Source: a virus (taxonomy: Duplodnaviria > Caudoviricetes). Taken from it: a stretch of DNA of 26,134 nt. This document shows positions 16,540 to 25,900 of this stretch, piece by piece (the first letter of the stretch is position 1; each line of letters starts with the position of its first letter). Made by a program: the position numbers and the translations under genes. Under the pieces are notes generated by a model, which did not search any database, was not told where the DNA came from, and was given only the letters and a program-made list of their open reading frames with translations. The DNA is taken from positions 1 through 26,134 of the IMG/VR virus record IMGVR_UViG_3300020464_000023. One strand, written 5' to 3'.

Positions 16540-19500
16540 ATGGGACTTACACTTGTAACGAGAGAAGATGGCTCTACTGGGTATGAATATTTAGAAGAAG
16601 ATCAAATGCGAGAGAAAGGCAGTCACGCTGCTCTTCTCCCTACACTTCATTCTGATGACCGTAGTGGTTTTGCTGGTCAATTTAACAGAGCATTAGCTGG
16701 TGCAACTAGAGCAGAAAGTGACGATAACTTTATCGTTGGTAGTTTGAAAACTGTTCCTAGAATGGCTCACAATGCAGCCGTTGGAGCATTACAAGAAACC
16801 AGTGACTCACTTAGATATTTAGGAGAAGCAACAGGAATAGCACCAAAAGGTACATCAACAACTGAAGCAGAACCTGATAAACCTATTATCGGTTTAGGAG
16901 GATGGAAACCTACAAAAGCAAATAACGATGAGGCTTGGTTAAGTGGCTTAGAAGATTTTGGTACAGGTGTCGGTCAATTTGCTATTGAATGGATTGCTTT
17001 ATCTAAAGCATTAAAAGGTGCTAACTGGGCTTTAAAAAGTTCAAAAGTTCCAGCACTTGTAAAAGCAAGCAAGATTGGTTCTAAAATTGCACAGACAGAA
17101 AAGACAATACAATCAGCAGTTGCAACAAAAACAGCAGCAACTTTAGGAGGTGGAAAAGCTGCACAATTTGTAGGACGCAGGGTCGCTGGCCCTGTTGTTG
17201 GTCAAGGCTTCAGATCAACAGTAGAAGGAAAAGGTATGGCAATAGACTTCTTTGGGTTTGATCCTTGGGAAGGAAACTTAATAACACTTGCCGCAAATAG
17301 TGAAGCCTTTGGTTTTTTAAACAACATCCCTCTTGCTAAATCTTTAATTGTTGACCCTGATGACACAGAAACAGAACGTAGATTTAAACAAGTAGTAGAA
17401 GGATGGGGAATAGATTTTACATTAGGAGGAACTTTAAATACTATTGCAGCTAAACCTATTGATACTGCTGACTTGTTAACACAAGTAGCAAAGGCAAATG
17501 GTTTTACCAAACAGTTAGCAGACGCTGCAAAAGAATTTGGAACTGACAGTGTAGAAGTTGCAAAGATAGAAGCAAAGATAGAAGCACAAGCAGAACGACT
17601 AGCAAAAAATCCTATTGTTCATGCCTTAGAACTACAAAGATATAAAGCACCTGAACTACCACTACCTAAAGCATTACAACAAGCAGATCAGAAACAACCT
17701 CTTTCTTTGTTTCTAAGAACTGCTGCCTTTGAAGATCAAGCTTTTATTGCTATTAACAGATTAGAAGAAGCAATGAATAAGTTTGTCGCTCCAGACAGGA
17801 AAGGCAAGCCAAGAAAAGCTATAGATACTGTCGGTGATCTAGTTAATTTATTAAATGTTGCAAGAGTTGCGACAGAAGAAAGTGTGCAAAAAGCACTTAG
17901 AGATGTAAACAATCTCCTCTTACCTCAAGATCAAAGACCTGAAAGAGAGTTGTTAATAGGAGTACAAGGATGGAGAAAAAGAATGAAGGCAGGAGAATTT
18001 GCAACTAATAGACAGATCACTCAAATGTTGGGAGATCAACCAACAACACCTCCTGCAAAACAAATACCAGAAGGGCCACCAACTCAGAACGTAGTACCTA
18101 CACCTCCACCACTAACAGAGATACCACCAACAAAAGGAGGAGAAGCACCAACTGTTGCTCAACAATATGTAAGTAAACAATATCGAGATTCTATTAATCA
18201 GCTAACTGCACAATTAAAAGCACTAGGCAATCCTCCACCTAAACCAGGGAAAGGTAAAAGTTTTTATTCTGACCCAGGAGACCTTACAAAGAAAAAATGG
18301 ACTCCTGCTTACAAGAAATGGAGAGATTACCAAAAGCAAAGCAAACCTATTACAGATGCGATTAATAAACTTATTAAAGAAAACAACGCAGCAATAAAAG
18401 AAAACCAAGCAAAGATAAATGATCCTGTCGAAACTAAATTAACTACTGAAGAATTTCAAACTAGGGTTGAAAGTACAGGTAAAAAGAGTCCAGACTACTC
18501 TACTCGTTTTCAATCATGGAATCCTTACGAGCAAGGATGGTTCGATAATACAGGTGATTTAAGTCGTCGAGGTTATGGTGCTTGGGAAAAACTAGCTACC
18601 TCTAAGAAAGTACCAGCAGGCGATATAAAGAAGGCTCTTGATTTTATGGATAAGATTGGAAGAGAAAAGTTTCAAGATATAGCACCACAAATATTAAATA
18701 ACTTACCTCAAAAAGGTAGGTATGATTTTCTTAGAAAAGTTATACTTATTCAGAAAGAAGCTATTGAAAAGAAACAATTCAAACAAACTGCAATACATGA
18801 ACTTTGGCATACACTTTCTCGCTTCTTACCAAAGGTAGAAGTAAATCAATTAAGGAATGAATTTAAACGTGAACAAGCAAAGTATCTAGGAAGTTTACCA
18901 AAACCAGAATTAGAAGCATTTAAGAGAGGAGAATATACAGCAGCAAATTATAGATACAAAGATATTGATGAATACTTTACAGAAAGAATGTTGGATCTAT
19001 GGTCAGCACATGAACAGATAGAACCTCCTCAACCTGGTACTTTAGGTGCTGCTATTGAATCAGTACTTTCATTCTTTAATCAGATATTTAATAACATTAG
19101 AGCAGAATTAGGAATTAATGCTACTCACAAAATATTTAATAACTTTGTCAATAAAAGATATTCAAAAATATATAGAAACACCAAACTAGAATATGATTCA
19201 ATCGGGAAAAAAGCACCAAGTGAAACTGCTGATTTACCTGATTTTAATAGAGATAAAGATGTAGATGGAGATCCTAACAGACCAGGTGAAACTAGAACTA
19301 ATGCACAAATTACAGACGAAATTCTTCGTAATTTTGCAGACAACTTAGACAAAGTAAAGACAGGTGAATTAGATTTATTAGATGCCTATGGCTATTCAAT
19401 GCAAGATATTATTAATATTCAAAGTGCTGGCAAAAGTAAAACATTATATGCAGATAGAGACTTAAATTCTGAAGCATGGTTTAAAGCTGCATCTGACGCA

Positions 19501-22500
19501 ACAGATAGAGTTACAGCAACAGGCATGGCTCCTATTGATATAGGCACTATGGCTGAAAACGCATTAAAAGAATTAAATACTTTTGGGTTGAATTTAAAAG
19601 AAGTAGAAGAATCGACTAAATTATTAAGATACATTGCTAGAAACAATCCAGAGTTTGTTAAAAGGATTTTCAACTTAAGAGTTGCAGTTCACGCTTTAGG
19701 TAAAGAAGCAGGAACTAAAGCAGCAAACGTAATGAACGCAATGAATAATGGACAATTAAATTGGAATAAATCTGTCGTTGAATTAGAAAAAGCTACAACT
19801 ACTTCTCTTAAATATTTTAGAGAATATCAACAGATAACAAGAATGTTAGGTCAAAACTTCAGAGCTTTACAGGCAAAAATAGGTGACATTTCAGATATTA
19901 AAATGATTCCAGATGGAGAATCTTTACCTGTTTATGATATAGATATAGCAAAGTTAATTGCAGAAAGAGATAACATTTCTGCTGCTGCTGCTGGTGATCC
20001 TAAAAATATAGAAAATGTCAGCTTTGGGAAAGTATTTGGTGATGACGTAAAAGAAGCAATGGCGACAGGTAAATGGGAACCAGGGGCCAAGTCAAAAGTA
20101 AATGAAATAGCAAATGTTATTGCAGATGCTGCTTACAAAGACGGTGAAGGTATTGGAACGATTGACCGTATTATGCGAGGCCCAGATCTTGAAGGTGCAG
20201 CAGATCTTGAAGATGCAATAACAACTAAAAAAGATGAAATAGGTGGTGGAACTTTAGCTTCTAAAACTGATAGAGGTAAGAAGATTGAACTGTTTATGAA
20301 GAGCATGGGAACTCACAAAGTAAGTTCTATTCTTAGTGCTGGTTCAACTTATGCAATCCAGTCAGCTATTCCTTATACAAGGATATTAATGGAGCCAGCT
20401 TTAGATCTGTTTAATCACACTCTAAGTTTTCCTCCTGGTTCAATCATTCCTTTAGATATAGAAGCAGGATTAAAGAGACTACCTATTACTGCTATTTGGT
20501 ATAGACAAATATTCTTACAACATTATGGGGCATTGAAACTAGCAGGAAAAGCATTTAGAGATGGACAAACTTACTTTGATGCTTACAGGCATCCAGGTGC
20601 ATTTGACGATAACAACAGAAATATTGCAGCAGCAGTTAAGCAAGCAGAAGGTGGTCAACCTATCAAGTTAGATGGCAAAAGAGGAGCTTTTAATCTTAAC
20701 GAAGCAGAAGCATTAAGAGCAATGACTAATGATCCAACAGCGATCATGGTAGGAGATGCTTACTGGAAATTTGCAACCTTTGATGTAAGAGCACAAGCAT
20801 CTATTGAAACATTCCAAAAGTCATTAGTAGGAAATAGTATGTTGTATGCAATAGGAGCAGAAGAAGGATATGAACAAGCACTTGTAGAAGGATTAAAAGG
20901 ATTAGATGCTTGGAGTTACGCAGAAGAATGGGCTAAAGCAAAGGTAGATTTCTTTACTCACGATGCGATTGTTAATGGCACAACTGTTACAGGTGCAATC
21001 AACTCTCATCCAACTGCATTAAAAGTTGGTCGAATGGTTACATTTACAGACGATATAAGAGCAAGAATGGAGAATAGATCCTTCTCTTATGGTCAAGAAT
21101 TAGCTAGACAATCAGGAATAGACTCTAACGATTTTGATGCAATTAATAAATTTGCTTTGGAATATATAGAAGGTACTGCTGATATAAATAACAAATGGCA
21201 ACACAGTGCTAACAATAGTTGGTTATCTAGAAAGTTAAGAGGAGAAGCGACAGACATACCATTAGCAGGAGAAAAGACACCTTCGATGACAGGTGCATGG
21301 TCATACTTGCCTTCTGTATGGGCTGGTTTTCAGAGAAAAAGATTTGGTTGGCTTGCTACACAGATTCAACCTTTTGTTAGATCACCAGCAGAAATAATGA
21401 AACAAGCAGCCAGAACAATCCCTGGTTTAAATTTCACTGTCGATACTTTCTACAGAGATGCTTTTGATGAATCTAGTTTCTTTTCTAATCACTGGAAGTC
21501 AGAATTAGCAACAGGAGCGACAGCTATTACTGTCTTCTCTCAGTTACTAGACAATGACGATATTCAAATTACAGGTGCTGGCCCATTGAATAACGAAAGC
21601 AGAAGTTTATGGCAAGCAAGAAACATGAGGCCAATGTCGTTTAGAAAGAAATTTACAGGTGAAGATGGTATTCAAAGATGGTCGCAATGGGAGTCATATC
21701 GAGCTTATGAACCAGTTGCAACGATCTTAAGGACAATGGCTGATTATAAAGACATGAGCGTATCAATGACACATCAACAAAGAGAACAAGCATCAGCACT
21801 TTTAGTCTTTAACCTTGCAGGGGAAGTTATTAAAGGAAATCTTCAAGCAAGTTATTATCAAGGTGTTTTAGATTTCCTAGATGGTGTCGTAACACCTTTA
21901 ACAGGTTCTGCATGGGGTCAAACTGGAGCAGGGTTTGCAAGACCTAAGAGAGTAGGAGAAACAACAAGAACACAAAGATGGCTTAATAAAATGATTGTTA
22001 GTGGTTTCCCCCATAGTTCAAGGGTTAAATCTTTAACTCAAATGATTGATCCATACAAAAGAGCAAATAGCACGATTGGTGGAGAAGTTATTGATAAAGA
22101 GATTGGACAAGGAAAAGCAGGAATGGCTTGGGAATGGGAAGGTGATTCTGAAAATGTTGGAGGAACTTACCCTTATAAGAAAACTTTTAAACTTCCATTG
22201 TTTGAAGGCTTCCTAAATGAAATCAAAAAGAATACTCCTTTCTGGTCACAGACATTACCTGTTAGACGTAACTGGGTAACAGGAGATCCTTTATACAATG
22301 CTGGCTTCTTACATGATGATGAGATGCCTTTAGATGATGAACCTTGGTTACAAAGACTTACGTCAGCTTTTGTTCTTACACATTTACCAATAGCTTATTC
22401 TGCTATACCAGTTGTAGGAGCATTACCTGGAGTAACAGGTAGGACAGGCCATGAAGAGATTCTTAAAAATGATTATGTAACTGCTGAGTTAATGAGATTA

Positions 22501-22965
22501 AGAGGATTCGGAACAAGATATGTACCACCTAGCCCTGCTGACATTCAACCAGGAACAAAGTTAACAACAGAAGGATACGATCAATATCTTAAATATCTTT
22601 CTCAATCCCCTGATCCAACATCAAACATGACTCTATCTCAAGAGTTATTTAGAGTTATGAACTCAAAAGCTTATTTAAAGCAACCTCCAGAAGTAGAAGG
22701 TGATGAGTTAACAAGATCAGCAAGAGCAGAGATGCTACAGCCTATCTTTAATAAATTCAGAAAGAACGCTAAATGGTTGTTTATCAACGATCCTGAGAAT
22801 CCTTATGTACTAGAAGTACTGCCTACAAAAGCAACTCAGGTACTAAAAGACCTAGATAAAGACTTTGCTGTTAAGTTTGGAGCCAAGCAATCAGACCCAT
22901 CAAACATAAAAGCAGGTACCAAAAAGAGGGTTAGTGCGACAGAATATATACAATCAGTACAATGA
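16540..22965 (+). CDS. Internal virion / ejection protein D (gp16-like), 2141 aa, with HExxH insert
   Basis: Largest ORF, between gp15 and tail fibre; C-terminal half has VTFTDD, PFVRSP.EI, ITGAGP, WESY..YEP, LP.RRNW.TG motifs typical of gp16-like proteins of marine T7-like phages; HELWH at 18796-18810. Confidence 0.8.
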   Translation: MGLTLVTREDGSTGYEYLEEDQMREKGSHAALLPTLHSDDRSGFAGQFNRALAGATRAESDDNFIVGSLKTVPRMAHNAAVGALQETSDSLRYLGEATGIAPKGTSTTEAEPDKPIIGLGGWKPTKANNDEAWLSGLEDFGTGVGQFAIEWIALSKALKGANWALKSSKVPALVKASKIGSKIAQTEKTIQSAVATKTAATLGGGKAAQFVGRRVAGPVVGQGFRSTVEGKGMAIDFFGFDPWEGNLITLAANSEAFGFLNNIPLAKSLIVDPDDTETERRFKQVVEGWGIDFTLGGTLNTIAAKPIDTADLLTQVAKANGFTKQLADAAKEFGTDSVEVAKIEAKIEAQAERLAKNPIVHALELQRYKAPELPLPKALQQADQKQPLSLFLRTAAFEDQAFIAINRLEEAMNKFVAPDRKGKPRKAIDTVGDLVNLLNVARVATEESVQKALRDVNNLLLPQDQRPERELLIGVQGWRKRMKAGEFATNRQITQMLGDQPTTPPAKQIPEGPPTQNVVPTPPPLTEIPPTKGGEAPTVAQQYVSKQYRDSINQLTAQLKALGNPPPKPGKGKSFYSDPGDLTKKKWTPAYKKWRDYQKQSKPITDAINKLIKENNAAIKENQAKINDPVETKLTTEEFQTRVESTGKKSPDYSTRFQSWNPYEQGWFDNTGDLSRRGYGAWEKLATSKKVPAGDIKKALDFMDKIGREKFQDIAPQILNNLPQKGRYDFLRKVILIQKEAIEKKQFKQTAIHELWHTLSRFLPKVEVNQLRNEFKREQAKYLGSLPKPELEAFKRGEYTAANYRYKDIDEYFTERMLDLWSAHEQIEPPQPGTLGAAIESVLSFFNQIFNNIRAELGINATHKIFNNFVNKRYSKIYRNTKLEYDSIGKKAPSETADLPDFNRDKDVDGDPNRPGETRTNAQITDEILRNFADNLDKVKTGELDLLDAYGYSMQDIINIQSAGKSKTLYADRDLNSEAWFKAASDATDRVTATGMAPIDIGTMAENALKELNTFGLNLKEVEESTKLLRYIARNNPEFVKRIFNLRVAVHALGKEAGTKAANVMNAMNNGQLNWNKSVVELEKATTTSLKYFREYQQITRMLGQNFRALQAKIGDISDIKMIPDGESLPVYDIDIAKLIAERDNISAAAAGDPKNIENVSFGKVFGDDVKEAMATGKWEPGAKSKVNEIANVIADAAYKDGEGIGTIDRIMRGPDLEGAADLEDAITTKKDEIGGGTLASKTDRGKKIELFMKSMGTHKVSSILSAGSTYAIQSAIPYTRILMEPALDLFNHTLSFPPGSIIPLDIEAGLKRLPITAIWYRQIFLQHYGALKLAGKAFRDGQTYFDAYRHPGAFDDNNRNIAAAVKQAEGGQPIKLDGKRGAFNLNEAEALRAMTNDPTAIMVGDAYWKFATFDVRAQASIETFQKSLVGNSMLYAIGAEEGYEQALVEGLKGLDAWSYAEEWAKAKVDFFTHDAIVNGTTVTGAINSHPTALKVGRMVTFTDDIRARMENRSFSYGQELARQSGIDSNDFDAINKFALEYIEGTADINNKWQHSANNSWLSRKLRGEATDIPLAGEKTPSMTGAWSYLPSVWAGFQRKRFGWLATQIQPFVRSPAEIMKQAARTIPGLNFTVDTFYRDAFDESSFFSNHWKSELATGATAITVFSQLLDNDDIQITGAGPLNNESRSLWQARNMRPMSFRKKFTGEDGIQRWSQWESYRAYEPVATILRTMADYKDMSVSMTHQQREQASALLVFNLAGEVIKGNLQASYYQGVLDFLDGVVTPLTGSAWGQTGAGFARPKRVGETTRTQRWLNKMIVSGFPHSSRVKSLTQMIDPYKRANSTIGGEVIDKEIGQGKAGMAWEWEGDSENVGGTYPYKKTFKLPLFEGFLNEIKKNTPFWSQTLPVRRNWVTGDPLYNAGFLHDDEMPLDDEPWLQRLTSAFVLTHLPIAYSAIPVVGALPGVTGRTGHEEILKNDYVTAELMRLRGFGTRYVPPSPADIQPGTKLTTEGYDQYLKYLSQSPDPTSNMTLSQELFRVMNSKAYLKQPPEVEGDELTRSARAEMLQPIFNKFRKNAKWLFINDPENPYVLEVLPTKATQVLKDLDKDFAVKFGAKQSDPSNIKAGTKKRVSATEYIQSVQ

Positions 22966-22981
22966 CCAGTAAACGGAAGCC

Positions 22982-25900
22982 ATGAGTTACACAGCATCGT
23001 ACATAGTAAATTCTTCGTCAGCACAGGGTACTACTGACTTTCAGTTTACTTTCCCTTACATTAAAGAAGAGCACATTGAGGTCTACCTTAATTACAGTAA
23101 GATCACTCAAGGATCAGGATCAGCACAGTATCAAGTAATAACTAACGTATCTCCTAAACTTATACGACTTAATACAGGTATAGCATCAGCAAACTTAAGA
23201 GTAGAAGTAAGAAGAAACTCATCGCTAGGAACTCCTCTTGTTGATTACGCAGATGGCTCAACCCTTACTGCTAATGACTTAGATACAAGTTCTCTGCAAA
23301 GTTTATATATAGACCAAGAGCTAAAGGATAATCAAAGCAGAACAGTTGTTGTTGATGAAACCACAGGTCTTCCTGAGCTTAACAATCAAAGATTAACCAA
23401 CGTAGCTGATCCAGTAGCGGCACAAGATGCAGTAACCAAAGCATACCTAGAACGCAGTGGCAGTATAAGTTCTACTCAAATCTTAGACGGAACAATCGTT
23501 GATGCTGATATAAACGCAAGTGCTGCAATTTCAGGAAGCAAAGTACAATTAGCTTCTGGATCTGGCCCAGGTGCTTTATCTACAAGTGATTTTGTCAAGC
23601 TAAGTAATATAGAAACAGCAGCTACAGCAGATCAAACTAATGCTGAAATCAGAGCCGCAGTAGAAGCAGCTAGTGATAGTAATGTTTTTACCGATGCTGA
23701 TCACACAAAATTAAACGCAATAGAACCAAGTGCAACTGCTGATCAGACTGACGCAGAAATTAGAACAGCAGTAGAAAACGCAACAGATTCAAATGTCTTT
23801 ACCGATGATGATCATACGAAGTTAAATGGTATAGAAACTGCTGCAACAGCAGATCAAACCGATGCTGAGATTAGGACAGCAGTAGAAAACGCAACAGATT
23901 CAAACGTCTTTACGGATGCTGATCACAGCAAACTTAACGGAATAGAGACAGCAGCTACTGCAGATCAAACAGCAAGCGAAATTAAAACATTACTTCAGTC
24001 TGACAAGCTAACTAGTTCTGAAATAGCAACAGGTGCATTAGACGGAAGGTATTACACAGAAACAGAAGTAGACGCTAATTTCTATAAATTAGGAAGTGTT
24101 GGTGAAATTCAATCTGGAGAAACTTGGTCTGCTGCTGATAACAAGATTGCAACAACAGCAGCTATAGATGCTCGGATCACTGATCTTGTCGATGATGTAG
24201 GTGGTTTTGTTCCAATAGCAAATGAAACATCATTCCCTACTGCAAACCCAGATGTAAATAATGGTGCTGGTACTTTAGTTAGCATTAAAGCATTTGCTTC
24301 TTCTCATACTCCTTCCGGTGGAAGCGTTACTATTGCAAACGGAGCAGGCAGTGGAAACACAGTAACAATTACAGGATGTGGATCAACAGTACTAGCTGCT
24401 GGTTTTGGTGGAATTGTCGAGACAACATCTACTCTTCATACTTATACATTCCATCGCTTATCTCCTAAAGCAACAGAAGTCACTACAGTTGCTGGCAATA
24501 TTACCAACATAAACACAGTTGCTGGAATATCAGGCAATGTCACGACCGTAGCTGGAATATCGGGCAATGTAACAACAGTGGCTGGTGTATCTGCCAATGT
24601 GACAACTGTGGCTGGTGTAGCAGCTAACGTCACAACTGTCGCTGGAATAGCAAGCGATGTAACCGCAGTCGCTAATGATGCAACAGATATAGGGGCTGTG
24701 GCTGCAAAGGCTACTGAGATCGGAAGACTAGGGACTGCTGATGCTGTTGCTGACTTAAACACGCTAGGAACTACAGCAATAGTTAGCGACTTAGATACAT
24801 GTGCAACCAATATTTCTAATATAAATACTGTCGGAGGTTCAATCTCTAACGTAAATACTGTTGCTTCAAATATGAGCACAGTTAACGATTTTGCTGATAG
24901 GTATCGTGTTGCTAGTAGTGCTCCAACTAGTAATAACGATGAAGGAGATCTTTATTTTGATACGACTTCAGATGAGCTAAGAGTTTATAACGGATCATCG
25001 TGGCAAGGTGGAGTAACAGCGACAGGAAACTTAGCAGGCTTAGGTGCTAACACCTTTACAGGAGCACAAACATTTATTGCTAGTCAGACGTTTGACGGAA
25101 GAGATGTATCTGCTGACGGAACAAAGCTAGATGGTATTGAAACGGCTGCAACTGCTGATCAAACTGACGCTGAGATAAGAACAGCAGTCGAAAATGCTAA
25201 TGATTCAAACGTCTTTACTGACGCAGATCATACGAAATTAAATGGTATTGAGACTGGTGCAACCGCAGATCAAACAGCAACAGAGATAAGAGCAGGTGTA
25301 GAAGCTGGAGATCTTAGCTCTCTATCTGTTGATGGTGATGTAACTTTCAAAGGAGCTACGTCAGGAAAGAATATAGTTTGGGATAAATCTGATCACCGAT
25401 TAGAAGCAGCTAATGGAGCAATAGTAAGTTTTGGTGATACAAATGATTTACAAATTTATCATCAAGGAGATGGTGTAGGGAACGCATATATTGAAAATAG
25501 TGCTGGATGGTTAGTAGCAAAAGGGGCACAGGTATCAGTAGTCAAAACCAACAACGATTACATGGCTAGGTTTGAATCAGCCTCGGTTGGTTTATATTCT
25601 GGTGGGACTGAACGCTTACAAGCACACAGTACAGGCGTAACAATTACAGGAACAGCTACAGCTACTACGTTTAGCGGATCAGGTGCAAGTTTAACTTCTT
25701 TAAATGCTTCAAATCTTTCATCTGGAACAATTGATGCAGCTAGAGTTCCAACTCTTAATCAAGACACAACAGGTCATGCAGGAACTATAGGCACAACTGC
25801 CACAAGTGCTAACGCTACTTACTATCCAGCCTTTGTAGAAAATTCCTCATCAACAACAGGAGAAATAATTCGAGTAGATGCAGGATTAAGCTATAACCCT

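Noticed and set aside
17560-17586. 12-nt tandem duplication (AKIE-AKIE) in gp16, and an imperfect 18-nt one near 20184-20217
   Set aside because: Small in-frame duplications typical of variable helical proteins; no sign of function.
23597-24718. Tail fibre repeats as a CRISPR array or DGR template/variable repeat
   Set aside because: In-frame coding repeats with no unique spacers; differences are mainly third-position rather than adenine-specific; no reverse transcriptase or cas gene in the window.
4011-24879. Remaining minus-strand ORFs (e.g. 4011-4247, 6807-7076, 17202-17510, 24442-24879)
   Set aside because: All lie opposite strong structural genes; 24442-24879 simply mirrors the 30-nt repeat.
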